64,000 nt of DNA from a bacterium (GCA_965203325.1 OZ241875.1:3808001-3872000), one strand, 5' to 3'. Positions 19,878 through 30,478 are shown, counted from the stretch's first letter. Translations and numbers: made by a program. Notes: generated by a model from the letters alone, not told the origin.

Positions 19878-20357
19878 ATGAAAAAGAATTTTCCCGGCAG
19901 GGATCGCGACCACGGGGCCAGCGTCGAGAGCGCCCTGGAACAAGCCGAAGCGCTTTGCAGGGAGCGCGGCGCGAGGCTCACGCCGCTCAGGAGGCGGGTG
20001 CTGGAGATCATCTGGGAGAGCCATACGCCCATGGGCGCATACGACGTGCTCGAGCGTATGAACGAGAACGGAGGGCGAAACGCTCCGCCCACGGTCTACC
20101 GGGCGCTGGATTTCCTCCTGAAGCACGGCCTCATCCACCGCATCGAGAGTCAAAAGGCGTTCGTGGGCTGCGCCACACCGGGGAACGCCCACAAGGCGCA
20201 GTTCTTCATCTGCCGTGACTGCGGAAACGTGGCCGAGACGCACAGCGAGGAAATCGGCGAGGCCATCGAGGCGAGCGCCAACCGGGCCGGTTTTCTGGTG
20301 GAGACGCCCGTCATGGAAATCAGCGGCAGGTGCAAGGAGTGTCATGATGATGAATGA
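19878..20357 (+). CDS. zur: Fur-family zinc uptake regulator
   Basis: GARLTPLRRRVL, PPTVYRALDFL, CRDC and CKEC. Confidence 0.9.
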   Translation: MKKNFPGRDRDHGASVESALEQAEALCRERGARLTPLRRRVLEIIWESHTPMGAYDVLERMNENGGRNAPPTVYRALDFLLKHGLIHRIESQKAFVGCATPGNAHKAQFFICRDCGNVAETHSEEIGEAIEASANRAGFLVETPVMEISGRCKECHDDE

Positions 20358-21135
20358 CGCGCGGCGCTCTCTCGTCACCGCCGCGAACCTCCATCTCCGA
20401 ATCGGCGAAACGACGATACTCCACGACGTGGGCCTCGACATTTCGGCGGGTGAAATCCTGACCCTCATCGGCCCGAACGGCGCGGGCAAGACCACGCTCG
20501 TCCGCGTGTTGCTCGGCCTGCTCAAGCCCGATTCGGGAGACGTCCGCCGGAAAGAGGGACTCTCGGTCGGCTACCTGCCCCAGTCCTTCGAGGTGGACCA
20601 CTCGCTCCCGCTGACCGTGCGCAGATTGCTGCGCCTCACGCAGAAGGCATCTATCGAGGAGATGGCGGAGGGCCTTGAGGAAGTCGGCGCCGGAGACCTG
20701 CTGGATCATCCCGTCCAGAGCCTCTCCGGCGGAGAGCGCCAGCGCGTGCTGCTCGCCCGCGCCCTGCTGCGCGACCCCGAACTGCTCGTTCTCGACGAGC
20801 CCATCCAGAACGTGGACGTCAACGGGCAGAGCGAACTCTACCGCCTGATTGCGAAGATCAGGGACGACAGGGGCTGCGGCGTCATCCTGATCTCGCACGA
20901 CCTCCACCTCGTCATGGCGTTCACCGACCGCGTGGTGTGCCTCAACAGGCACATCTGCTGCACGGGGCATCCCGAAGCCGTGAGCAAAAACCCCGAATAC
21001 CTCGCCCTGTTCGGCAAGCATGCGGCCGAGAGCCTCGCCGTCTACACCCACAAGCACGACCACGTTCACGGTCCGGAAGGGGAGATACTCCCCGTCGAGC
21101 GCGAAGAAGCCCGGCACACCCACGGGGGCCGTTGA
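20344..21135 (+). CDS. znuC: Zinc ABC transporter ATPase
   Basis: GPNGAGKT, LSGGERQR, LVLDEP, His-rich tail. Confidence 0.92.
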   Translation: MMMNDARRSLVTAANLHLRIGETTILHDVGLDISAGEILTLIGPNGAGKTTLVRVLLGLLKPDSGDVRRKEGLSVGYLPQSFEVDHSLPLTVRRLLRLTQKASIEEMAEGLEEVGAGDLLDHPVQSLSGGERQRVLLARALLRDPELLVLDEPIQNVDVNGQSELYRLIAKIRDDRGCGVILISHDLHLVMAFTDRVVCLNRHICCTGHPEAVSKNPEYLALFGKHAAESLAVYTHKHDHVHGPEGEILPVEREEARHTHGGR

Positions 21136-21438
21136 AAAAGTCCCTCTTAACAGGGGACAAAGGCAACCCCCCCTACCCCCCCTTGTCAGGGGGGTATAAA
21201 AAGGCGGCGCCCGCCGATGAGGAGGTCGAAGAAAAGCCCTTTTTTCAGGGGGGTATGAAAAGGCGGTGTCCCCGCCGGGCCGAGGGGTTTTGCTTTTTCT
21301 TGCCCCCCTGACAAGGGGGGTAGGGGGGGTTGAACCCGACCGGGGAGAAAGGAATTCACTCCCCCTCAAGGGGGGAGTGAAAATGAAACTTAAGGAAGGT
21401 GTGTTTTTCCTCGTCATTGCAGGGGTTTTCACAACCCC
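21125..21438. repeat. Composite repeat cluster inside the znuC-znuB intergenic region
   Basis: Family B-like ends GGGGCCGTTGAAAAA/TTTTCACAACCCC enclose CCCCTTGTCAGGGG/CCCCTGACAAGGGG and family A-like units. Confidence 0.6.
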
Positions 21439-21450
21439 TCAAGGAGGCGC

Positions 21451-22248
21451 GTGATGGAGGATTTCATGTTCCGGGGGCTCATGGGCGGGGTGGGCGTCGC
21501 CCTGGTGACGGGCCCGGTGGGTTGTTTCATCGTCTGGCGCAAGATGGCCTACTTCGGAAACTCCATGGCCCACACGGCGCTCTTGGGCGTGGCGATAGGC
21601 TTCGCCTTCGGGATCGACTTGCGGCTCGGCATCCTCATCTCCTGCATGAGCCTCACGATCCTCCTGGTCTTGCTGCAGAGCCGGAAAACGCTACCCACCG
21701 ACACGCTGCTCGGCATCCTGGCCCACATGGCGCTTGCGGTGGGCTTCATCGCCGTCAGCTTGCTGGAGACGATCCGAGTGGACCTGATGGGCTATCTCTT
21801 CGGGGACATCCTGGCGGTCGGGGCGCTTGATTTGTGGTGGATATATCTCGGCGGGGCGGCGGCGCTGGCCACGCTCGCGTGGCTGTGGCGGGGGCTTCTC
21901 GCCGTCACGGTGAACGAGGAACTGGCGAGCGCCGAGGGGGTCCCGACCTTCGCCGTGAAACTCGTCTTCATGCTCCTGATCGCCTTCATCATCGCCGTCG
22001 CCATGAAGCTGATCGGGATTCTGCTCATCCTCTCGATGCTCATCATACCGCCGGCGGCGGCGCGGCGGTTCTCCAAAACACCCGAGCAGATGGCGGCGCT
22101 CGCCGTCTTGGCGGGGGTCGTCTCCGTCGCGGCCGGTCTTTGGGCGTCTTTGGAGTGGAACGCGCCCGCGGGTCCGTGCATCGTCGTGGCGGCTTCGGTG
22201 CTGTTCCTCTTCAGCTACGTCTGGGAGATGATCGCGGGCAGGGGGTGA
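21451..22248 (+). CDS. znuB: Zinc ABC transporter permease
   Basis: GCFIVWRKMAYFG..AH, DLMGYLFGDIL, LIIPPAAAR. Confidence 0.92.
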   Translation: MMEDFMFRGLMGGVGVALVTGPVGCFIVWRKMAYFGNSMAHTALLGVAIGFAFGIDLRLGILISCMSLTILLVLLQSRKTLPTDTLLGILAHMALAVGFIAVSLLETIRVDLMGYLFGDILAVGALDLWWIYLGGAAALATLAWLWRGLLAVTVNEELASAEGVPTFAVKLVFMLLIAFIIAVAMKLIGILLILSMLIIPPAAARRFSKTPEQMAALAVLAGVVSVAAGLWASLEWNAPAGPCIVVAASVLFLFSYVWEMIAGRG

Positions 22249-22356
22249 GCGGCGCAGCGTTCCTCGGCCCGGCGGCATCGCCTTTACCCCCTTGCCGGGG
22301 TAGTAACCCCAAACCCCCTTGCGCCGGGGGGCTTTTTTGTTTTTACCCCCTGTTAG

Positions 22357-22525
22357 GGGGTTGTTGAACAAGCTGGAGAGGAAAAATTTGATTGTGTGTA
22401 GGGGTCGCATATATGCGACCCTGTTTTTTCACCCACGACAAGGGCCGCATATATGCGGCCCCTACAAAAACCGCTTCCTCCCCGGTCGCATCAAATCCTC
22501 GCACCATCGCTTTTTCAACAACCCC
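22357..22525. mobile_element. MITE family B copy with REP doublet
   Basis: TIR GGGGTTGTTGAA/TTCAACAACCCC; flanks GTTAG/GTTAA; REP pair at 22398-22465 nearly identical to that at 5907. Confidence 0.7.
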
Positions 22526-22943
22526 GTTAAGGAGGGGCAGGGGGGTGGTTTTCAAGTCGAGAGAGAGGCGAGCCGGGTCTGCGCCCGCATTTCCCCGCAG
22601 TTGGCGTTACCGGGCATGCGCCCGCTCCGGGCAGACTCGGGCGCGCGAACGGGAGGAGTTCCGATGGACTCGGGCAAGATGGGCTTTCACAGGGCAAAGC
22701 AGACGGACCCGGCGCTTCGCGCGCGCGGAATTACTGAAAAATACGATTAATCATTGTCATAAACCCGGTGTCGGCGCGATAGTATGATTGGCTCCGTTTG
22801 TCTACGATAACTGATTGTTTATAATACCATATTTCTGCTATTTCCTTCCCCGATGCCCCTTGCACTTTCGCCATACATATGCTTGAATAGCCTCCAGTTT
22901 GATGTCGCACGTATGCGGTTTGATTACAGATTCAGGAGGGAAG

Positions 22944-24128
22944 ATGCCGAAGCGAAGCGATCTGAAACTCACCAAGCGCACCGTCGACGCGCTCGCGGTC
23001 GACGGGAAGGACGCTCTCTTCTGGGACCGGGAGCTGGCGGGCTTCGGGGTGCGCGTCCACGCCACCGGCCGGAAGACCTGGGTGGTGCAGTCCCGGGGAC
23101 CCGGGGGGCCGAAGCGCTTGACGCTCGGCCGTCACGGGGAGCTGGCCGTCGACGAGGCCAGGAAACAGGCCGCCCTCATTATCGACCGCATCAAGCGCGG
23201 CGAGGAGCCGGTGGCGCAACCGCCCGAGGCGGAGACCACCGTGGCGGGACTCGCCGAACGCTTCATGCGCACCCACGTGGAGAAACACCTGAAGCCCGCC
23301 AGCGTTGCTGCGTACCGCACCACGCTCGACAAACACATCCTGCCGGCCATGGGCGGGATGGGGCTGGAGGAGATCGGCGGGGCGGAAGTCACGGCGCTCC
23401 ATCACGGCCTTCGCGATACGCCGGTCCTGGCGAACCAGGCGGTACACCTGCTCTCGCGGATGTTCGTACTTGCCGAGGCGTGGGAACTGCTACCGCCCGG
23501 GCGGAACCCCTGCCTCGCCGTGCGCCGCTACAGGACGCGGGCGCGCGAGCGGTTCCTGACGCCCGAGGAATACCGGAGGCTGGGCCGTGCGCTCAGGCAA
23601 GCGGAGGCGGAGGGCGGGATATGGCCGCCCGCGGTGGCGGCCATCCGGCTGCTCGCACTTACCGGATGCCGCAGGGGCGAGATATTGAACCTGCGCTGGG
23701 ACGACGTGGACCGCACGTCGGGGGATCTGAGGCTTCAGGACGCCAAGGCGGGTCCCCGCATGGTCCCCCTGACGAAGCCCGTTCTCGGGATACTGGACGC
23801 CATCCCCCGCTCCGGGGAGAACCCCTGGGTGATAGCGGGCCAGAGACCCGGAAAACGCCTGACGGGCCTGCACCACTACTGGCGGCCCGTCCGGGAGCGG
23901 GCGGGGCTTCATGACGTGCGCATTCATGACCTCCGGCATTCTTACGCCAGCCGGGCGCTGGCTCTGGGCGAGAGCCTCTACACGATCGGGAAACTCCTCG
24001 GGCACACGAGCGTGGCGACGAGCGCGCGCTACGCGCACCTGATGCGCGAGGCCGAGAGGGAGGCGGCGGTGCGGGTGGGCGGGAGCATCGGCGCCCACGT
24101 CGCGAACGGGAAGGTCGAGCACGGATGA
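22944..24128 (+). CDS. Tyrosine recombinase/integrase with N-terminal arm-binding domain
   Basis: WDRELAGFGVRV arm domain; TGCRRGE, HDLRHS, LLGH, ARYAH catalytic residues. Confidence 0.92.
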   Translation: MPKRSDLKLTKRTVDALAVDGKDALFWDRELAGFGVRVHATGRKTWVVQSRGPGGPKRLTLGRHGELAVDEARKQAALIIDRIKRGEEPVAQPPEAETTVAGLAERFMRTHVEKHLKPASVAAYRTTLDKHILPAMGGMGLEEIGGAEVTALHHGLRDTPVLANQAVHLLSRMFVLAEAWELLPPGRNPCLAVRRYRTRARERFLTPEEYRRLGRALRQAEAEGGIWPPAVAAIRLLALTGCRRGEILNLRWDDVDRTSGDLRLQDAKAGPRMVPLTKPVLGILDAIPRSGENPWVIAGQRPGKRLTGLHHYWRPVRERAGLHDVRIHDLRHSYASRALALGESLYTIGKLLGHTSVATSARYAHLMREAEREAAVRVGGSIGAHVANGKVEHG

Positions 24129-25294
24129 AGCAGCCCGTCATGAAAACGCTGTCGAACCGCGCGGTCGCGAAACTGAAAGTGGCGAAAGACACCGTCTTCT
24201 GGGACGGGGAGCTCACGGGCTTCGGCGTGAGGGTCTATCCCACCGGGAGCAAGGTTTACGTCGCCCAGGCGCGGGGGCCGGAAGGGCCCAAACGCGTGGC
24301 GGTGGGCCGCCACGGCGTGATCAACGCCGATGAGGCGAGGAAGCGCGCCGCCCACATCATCGCGCGCATCAAGGCGGGCGAGGAGGCGGTGCCCGAACCG
24401 ATGAAGCCGGCGGGAGGCCCCACGGTGGCCGAGCTGTGCGCGCGCTATCTCACGGAATACGTCTCGGTGCGCTGCAAGCCGGGCACCGCCGCGCTCTACC
24501 GCTCGGTGATCGACCGCCACGTCCTGCCCGCCTTGGGCAGGGCGCCGCTGGCCGCGCTCTCGCGCGCGCAGGTGGCGGAATTCCACGAGAGCCTCTACGA
24601 GACGCCCGCGGTGGCGAACACGGCGCTCCGCATCCTCTCCTCGATGCACCGCCTGGCAGCGGGCTGGGGAATGGTTCCCGAGGGAACCCCGAATCCCTGC
24701 AAGGCGCTCGTCAAATACCCCGAGCGCAGGCGTGAGCGGTTCCTGACGGATTCGGAGTTCACCCGCCTGGGAGAGGCACTTGACGAGGCGGAGGCCCGGG
24801 GCGGCGCCTCCGCGTCCGCGGTGGCCGCTATCCGGCTCCTGGCGCTTACCGGGTGCCGCAGGAGCGAGGTCCTCAAACTGCGCCGGGAGGACGTGGCGCT
24901 CGAAGCTGCCGAGCTCAGGCTGCCCGATTCCAAGACGGGCGCACGGGCGGTCCCGCTCCCGCCGCAGGCGGTCGAGCTTCTCGCGAGTCTCCTCAGCGCC
25001 CACGACGGTCCCTGGGTCATACCGGGGAGGAAGCCTGGGACGCCCTTGAGGAACATCGACGAGGCCTGGCGGGCGATAAGGAAGCGCGCGGGCCTGGAGG
25101 ACGCAAGGCTGCACGACCTGCGCCATTCCTGGGCCTCGCGGGCGCTTGCGCTCGGCGAGGCGCTCCCCGTCATCGGGAAGCTCCTGGGCCACAGCAAGAT
25201 GGAGACGACGGCGCGCTACGCGCACCTCGCGCGCGACTCGGCGCAGGAGGCGGCCGGCCGGGTCGCGCAGAGCATCGCCGAAGACATGCTGTAG
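24125..25294 (+). CDS. Second, paralogous tyrosine integrase
   Basis: WDGELTGFGVRV, TGCRRSE, HDLRHS, LLGH, ARYAH; ATGA overlap with the first integrase. Confidence 0.92.
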   Translation: MKQPVMKTLSNRAVAKLKVAKDTVFWDGELTGFGVRVYPTGSKVYVAQARGPEGPKRVAVGRHGVINADEARKRAAHIIARIKAGEEAVPEPMKPAGGPTVAELCARYLTEYVSVRCKPGTAALYRSVIDRHVLPALGRAPLAALSRAQVAEFHESLYETPAVANTALRILSSMHRLAAGWGMVPEGTPNPCKALVKYPERRRERFLTDSEFTRLGEALDEAEARGGASASAVAAIRLLALTGCRRSEVLKLRREDVALEAAELRLPDSKTGARAVPLPPQAVELLASLLSAHDGPWVIPGRKPGTPLRNIDEAWRAIRKRAGLEDARLHDLRHSWASRALALGEALPVIGKLLGHSKMETTARYAHLARDSAQEAAGRVAQSIAEDML

Positions 25295-25426
25295 GGTCGC
25301 AGCAGGCGCGCGCCGGCCAGGTGTTTGCCCGCGCCCGGAGCCGGTGATAGATTTCATTCCATCCAACAGGTTATACGAATCGTTCATATCAGGTTTTTCA
25401 CCCGGAAGGTGCGCGGGAGGAGTCCT

Positions 25427-25720
25427 TTGCGGAAGATCGACATCATCAACCTCGTGTCCGACGATACGGGCCTCAGCCGGGTCAAGGCCGAAGAGGCCGT
25501 CGATGCCATCATCGACGCCGTCAAGGAATCCCTCGCGAGGGGCGAGTCCGTCACGTTGAGGCGCTTCGGCTCCTTCAGTGTGAGGGAGAAGAACGCCCGG
25601 GTGGGGCGCAACCCGAAGACGGGCCTGGAAGCGCCCATCAGCGCCCGCAGGGTCGTGAGGTTCAAGGCGGGACAAAACTTCAGGGATGCGGTGAACGGGG
25701 CCGGGGTGAGATTCCATTGA
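25427..25720 (+). CDS. HU/IHF-family DNA-bending protein
   Basis: FGSFSVREKNARVGRNPKTG...VVRFKAG; GGAGG RBS with TTG start. Confidence 0.88.
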   Translation: MRKIDIINLVSDDTGLSRVKAEEAVDAIIDAVKESLARGESVTLRRFGSFSVREKNARVGRNPKTGLEAPISARRVVRFKAGQNFRDAVNGAGVRFH

Positions 25721-25857
25721 TCCGCCGGTTCCGGGGTCGGGAAGAACCAGGCCGGCAACGTCCGCATCGGCGCAGGGCCCCGCGCCGCAAGACGGCGGGA
25801 AAAGCCAATACACCGCCTTCATGACGACCAATGGATTCGCGGGCGGAACCCGGAACG

Positions 25858-26460
25858 CTATTCCGAATCCCGGGCAGGCGAAGGCAACAGGGCCCCGGCC
25901 TGCCCCACGACGGATTCCGGAAAACTCTCATCGGGAGAAACGCACGCCAGCACCCTGAGGCCGAGAAACAGACCGAGCAGAGACTTCGCTGTCTGCTCCG
26001 GATCGACTTCGGGGGAAATCTCTCCGCAAGCCTGGCCCCGCTCGATGGAAGCGCAAAAGAACTCCGCCATGCCGGCGAAGGCGCCGGCAACCAGGGAAGC
26101 CACCTCCTCATCGTGCGCCCCGAGCTCCAGGGCGGCGTTGACTTCGAGACAGCCCTCCCGCGAACCACCTCCCGGCGCGGCGGAGGCGGCAGCGTCGAAA
26201 ACGGCCAGTACCGCCCCGCGCGGCGAGTCGCCCTTTTCGAGTTCCGCAATCGGATCCGCGCGATGGATGCGGCCATAATGGCGGAGCGCCCGGAAGAACA
26301 TCTCACGCTTGTCGCCGAATGCGTGGTACAAGCTGCCCCGAAAGAGACCCGTCGCCTCCTCGAGATCCCGAATCGACGTCGCCGAATAGCCGTGACGCCG
26401 GAACTGCCTCATGATTTTCGTCAGAACCTCGTCCATCTCGTACTTCGGCGTTTTCCCCAC
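25858..26460 (-). CDS. TetR/AcrR-family transcriptional regulator
   Basis: FRRHGYSATSIRDLEEATGL.RGSLYHAFGDK; GCLEVN. Confidence 0.88.
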   Translation of the reverse strand: MGKTPKYEMDEVLTKIMRQFRRHGYSATSIRDLEEATGLFRGSLYHAFGDKREMFFRALRHYGRIHRADPIAELEKGDSPRGAVLAVFDAAASAAPGGGSREGCLEVNAALELGAHDEEVASLVAGAFAGMAEFFCASIERGQACGEISPEVDPEQTAKSLLGLFLGLRVLACVSPDESFPESVVGQAGALLPSPARDSE

Positions 26461-26667
26461 GGGTCCTCTCCTCGTCCGCCCGGTGAAGCATGGAATACAT
26501 CATGGCGGTTTGGCGGTTCCAGTCATCACCACGAGTCGAAACTTATCACACGGAAATTCCGCTTTCACAAAGAATTGCACCCCATCGGAGCTGTTGCCCC
26601 CCTTGGGCCCCGTTTTCAGGTGGGGGGCTTTTCCAGTCGAGAAGGGCGCCACTCCCGGGGAATCGAC

Positions 26668-29505
26668 CTATAACTCCAACCCCCGATCCGATCGGGTCTT
26701 CTCCATCGCCGGCGCCCGCCTCTCCATTGCCTGGGTCGCCTCGTTCGACCTCTCCGCCCCGATGCTCTCCGCCTTGCCCGCTCCTATCGCCTCGAGCGCC
26801 GCGATGCGCTCCCCCGTCGCGGCTTCCAACCGCTCGCGCAGCGCTCTCGCGTCGTCGGTCACGAGTTCCGCCCGGTCCCGGGCGCGGCTGATCTCGACGT
26901 ATAGCGTCTTCTGGTTGGTGAGCTCGGGGTGGTTCGCCTCCATCGCGGCGATGACGGTATCGACCGTCCGGCCCTGGAAGGCGTGGACGGTCGAGGCCCA
27001 TGCGCGGTCGATATGGCGAAGCTGCGGAACGCCGGCGGTCATGCCGATCGTGCGCCCGTCCTCGACCCGGAAGGTGACGCGGCCGTTCCTGACGCTCGTC
27101 ACCTCGGCGGCCTGGCTGTTGACCAGGCCGAGGTCCTTGTCGTTCCGGGTCCAGCGGACCTTGTCGCCGATGCGCAGTTCCATCCGCTCGACGCGGTATA
27201 CCTCGACACCGCCGCTTCGCGCCGCGAGGCGGCGGGGCTCCCAGCGGACTTGCCCTCCGTCCTTCCCTTGCAGGATGACCGCGCGGCCTTCGTGGTCGAC
27301 GCCCGTCACGCGAAGCTCGTCCCCCTTCTCGACGCCGAGGCGCTTGTAGGGGCGGTGGAAGGCGACGACGTCGCCGGGTGAATAGTTCGCGGCGAGCGAT
27401 TTCTCGGGGTTCGTGTAGCCGCGCGAGACGAGGCGATTCGTGAGGAAGGCCGGGCCGCAGACGGCACCCTCCCGGATCAGGCGCTCTCTGACGATGGCGT
27501 TGATCTTCTCGCGAATCTTATGGCTCGGCGCCATGAGTCCGGCGTTTGCGCGTTCTTCAGGGGAAAGCGCCAGCCAGCGCGCGGCGGCGGCGCCCGCGAG
27601 GTTGTCGGGCTTGACCTCGGCCACGTTCGAGCCCAGCTTCTCGAAGGCGCTCTTCACGTCGCCCGCGAGCGTGGACTCGACGGCGGCCTTCAGGTCCTGG
27701 TCGCGCTGGCGCATGATTTCTTCCATCACGGCCGTCTTCATGCCGGCGGCCTGCAACTGCGCGAAGGGTTTCCCGGCGTCGACGGCGTCCAGCTGTTTCG
27801 CGTCGCCCACGAGCACGACCCGGGGCAGGCGCAGGACCTCCGAGATGCGGAGCAGTTCACGCACCTCGCGCGTGGAGGCGAGAGATCCCTCGTCCACGAC
27901 GAGAGCGGTCTTCGCGTAGCCCGCGCGCAACTGTTTTTGCGCCTTTCTGGTGAGGCGGCCATCGGCGACGTCCGCGTTTCGCGTGAGGAAGCGCTGGAGC
28001 GTCTCGCTCTCGATCCCGGCCTCCGCTTCCAGGGTCCGCGCGGCCGAGGCCGAGGGCGCCAGGCCCCGGACCTCGTAGCCGCGTTTTTCGAATAGCGCGC
28101 GGGCGCGCTTCAACATCTTCGTCTTGCCGGTGCCGGCGTAGCCCTGTACCCCCACCACGCGGTCCTTTTCCGAGAGGATCAGCTTGACCGCCTCCCTTTG
28201 GCCATGCGTCAGCGGTCCCTTGCGCAGGTGCGCGCTCACCATCCAGCCCCGCATGGCGGGCGCGCCCCGCCCGCGTCCTGCCTCCACCAGGGCGATGGTC
28301 TCGCGCTCCGCCGCCGCGGCCTTCTCCGTCGTGAGCATGTCCCTGTTTCCCGGCAAATCCGCCGCGTGCAGGACGCCGGTTTTTTCGAGTCTCGCCACCT
28401 CGCGCTCCGCACCCGCCATCGACACGGCGCCGGGCCGCCAGGCGAGCGCGCCCGCGAGCAGGGCCGCGCGGTCGAAGACGGCCTCCCGCTCCGCGAGGTG
28501 CGCCACGGCCCATTCCACGGCCTCGCGGGCGGGTTCGACGACAGCAGCACTTCGGCCGGCATCGCGGGACAAGCCGCTCCTCGCCTTCGCCCGGTCCTTG
28601 AGGCCAGCGGCGTCGAAGTCGAGATCGGCGGCCTGCTTCTGCCAGGCGGCCATGAGGGTCCCCTTGTCGGCCTCCCGCTTGGGGTCCCGCGTCATGAGCG
28701 TGACCCGCTGGGCGGCGCGCTGGTTCCCCGCTGTCTTGCCCAGTCCGCGTTCTTCCATCGCCTTCTCGATCTCGGCCCGCCTGGTCGAGAACGCCTCGAT
28801 CACCTCTCTCGATACGCCCGCGATCTCGAAGCGCCCGTCGGCGTGGGTCTTCTCCACCCGGTAGCCGAACCCTTCGAGACCGCGGGCGAGTTCGGCCCGG
28901 TAGAGGGCGCCGATCAGCATCTTGTTCGCATAGAGCTTCTCATTCGACATGGTGCGCCATTTATCGTCGGCGCCACGAACCATGTTGGCGATGACCGCGT
29001 GCGTGTGGAGCAGGGGGTCGAGGTTGCGCGAGGTGTCGTGCCGGAAGGTCGCGACCACGCTCTTCTGGTCCCCGGCACGGACCATCTGTCCGGTCGCAGG
29101 GTCGCTCATCCTGGTCTCGGCGACGTTTCGCTCGACCCAGTCCAGGGTGCGCGCCACGGCCACCTCGTGGGCCCAGATCGCGCGACCGTCGCCGCCGACG
29201 TAGGCGAGCAGGGAGACGGACTTGGGCGCCGAGAGGGTCAAGTCGCGGCCGGGGCGGTGATGGATCACGCCGTCCTTGCCCCTCTTTCCGAGCCTGCGGC
29301 CCGAACCGTCCGGCACATGCCCCTCGAGCACCGCGCGGAGGGTATCGGGGTCGACCGGGCCCGACAGTCCCAGGTCCTCAGCACCCCTGCCGCGCCAGGC
29401 GCTCGCCGACCGGTGGTTCGGGTCGTCCTTCGCGTAGTAGTCGTCGCGCTCGAAGTAGGACGCGCACTGCGCGGGGGAGACTACGGCTCCTATCGACGCG
29501 ACCAT
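26668..29505 (-). CDS. MOBF (TrwC/TraI-like) relaxase-helicase
   Basis: N-terminal YFERDDYY, DLTLSAPKSVS, HDTSRNLDPLLHTH (HUH), FSTRR; helicase GYAGTGKT, VVDE, TVHAFQG. Confidence 0.93.
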   Translation of the reverse strand: MVASIGAVVSPAQCASYFERDDYYAKDDPNHRSASAWRGRGAEDLGLSGPVDPDTLRAVLEGHVPDGSGRRLGKRGKDGVIHHRPGRDLTLSAPKSVSLLAYVGGDGRAIWAHEVAVARTLDWVERNVAETRMSDPATGQMVRAGDQKSVVATFRHDTSRNLDPLLHTHAVIANMVRGADDKWRTMSNEKLYANKMLIGALYRAELARGLEGFGYRVEKTHADGRFEIAGVSREVIEAFSTRRAEIEKAMEERGLGKTAGNQRAAQRVTLMTRDPKREADKGTLMAAWQKQAADLDFDAAGLKDRAKARSGLSRDAGRSAAVVEPAREAVEWAVAHLAEREAVFDRAALLAGALAWRPGAVSMAGAEREVARLEKTGVLHAADLPGNRDMLTTEKAAAAERETIALVEAGRGRGAPAMRGWMVSAHLRKGPLTHGQREAVKLILSEKDRVVGVQGYAGTGKTKMLKRARALFEKRGYEVRGLAPSASAARTLEAEAGIESETLQRFLTRNADVADGRLTRKAQKQLRAGYAKTALVVDEGSLASTREVRELLRISEVLRLPRVVLVGDAKQLDAVDAGKPFAQLQAAGMKTAVMEEIMRQRDQDLKAAVESTLAGDVKSAFEKLGSNVAEVKPDNLAGAAAARWLALSPEERANAGLMAPSHKIREKINAIVRERLIREGAVCGPAFLTNRLVSRGYTNPEKSLAANYSPGDVVAFHRPYKRLGVEKGDELRVTGVDHEGRAVILQGKDGGQVRWEPRRLAARSGGVEVYRVERMELRIGDKVRWTRNDKDLGLVNSQAAEVTSVRNGRVTFRVEDGRTIGMTAGVPQLRHIDRAWASTVHAFQGRTVDTVIAAMEANHPELTNQKTLYVEISRARDRAELVTDDARALRERLEAATGERIAALEAIGAGKAESIGAERSNEATQAMERRAPAMEKTRSDRGLEL

Positions 29506-29689
29506 ATCAGCAGCTCCTCGGGCGGTTGACTTCCGGACCCGCGTGTCCGGGCGCTTCTGTTTCCGCACCTCCCGCCTCGCCGCTCACGCGGCGGCGCTCC
29601 CGTGCGACCTGATCGTTCCCGCCGTTCCCGTTCATATCCGTCTCTCCTTCGCGTTCGAACCTTTCGCCCCGATCGATCCTCCGGCGTCA

Positions 29690-29850
29690 TGCGGGCGGGG
29701 GCGTCCATCGCCTGCATGTGAGACATAAATAAAGCGAAAACAACTCGTCTGCAAGAGTTTTCGATAGCGTATTTCCAACGCCTGCGCGCCATGCGCGGTC
29801 ACGCATGCGACCGGCTGCGCAGGGGTGCGATATTTTTTTCGGCCGGGCCC
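29690..29850. other. Candidate oriT region
   Basis: Non-coding, locally AT-richer, with short inverted repeats (CGGTCACGCATGCGACCG) between the relaxase and the divergent leading region; nic site not identified. Confidence 0.35.
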
Positions 29851-29962
29851 CGCCCTGCGCCTGCGAGAGGCCGAGCCGGGCCGTCAGGGGGCGCGGGAGC
29901 CTGGGCCGGAGAGGCCGGACGGCGCCCGCGATCCCTTCACCCGCAATCCCGGAGGCACGGCC

Positions 29963-30304
29963 ATGACGAAGAACAATCCATCGTGCGGCGCGAGGCTCCT
30001 CGTGCTGGCGGGACCCGCTCTGGCGCTCCTCGCCACAATCCTGTCTCTCGCGGCAGGCATCGGCCTCCGCCCCCTGGGTGCCGTCTGGGCCTGTTCGGCC
30101 CTCTGGAGCCTCCTCACGGCCTTATCGTGCGCCCTGTGGCGGGGGTTCCGCCGCGGGGACTGGTCCGCCTTCGCTCGCTACGAACTGCCCGACGGGAAAG
30201 AGGAGGACTTCGAGTGGTCCGCCCGGACGGGACGCTACGCCTGGCGCCGCGATGCCGAGGAGGAGGAACTGTTCGGCCAGGACCCGGACATCCCCTTCCC
30301 CTAG
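29963..30304 (+). CDS. Small membrane protein, unknown function
   Basis: GGAGG RBS, two hydrophobic helices, acidic tail ending DIPFP. Confidence 0.55.
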   Translation: MTKNNPSCGARLLVLAGPALALLATILSLAAGIGLRPLGAVWACSALWSLLTALSCALWRGFRRGDWSAFARYELPDGKEEDFEWSARTGRYAWRRDAEEEELFGQDPDIPFP

Positions 30305-30478
30305 AAGGCGCCCCCGAGCCGAACGAAGACTCCCCTGAACGCACCGACCGACTTCTCATGGCCGACTGCGCGGCCCGCGCCCGAAAGAGGCGGAGTCCGG
30401 CCTGGAGGGGGCGTCGGCGGGACGTCCGGGAGAGGACGTTCTTCGCCGCCATCATCCACCCACCCAAGGAGGCGCGCG

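Noticed and set aside
22530..22940. tRNA or tmRNA as the integration target
   Set aside because: No cloverleaf or T-loop (GTTCGA...CCA) signature visible at either island end
24029..25831. 600-aa minus-strand ORF
   Set aside because: Shadow of the integrase and HU genes on the opposite strand
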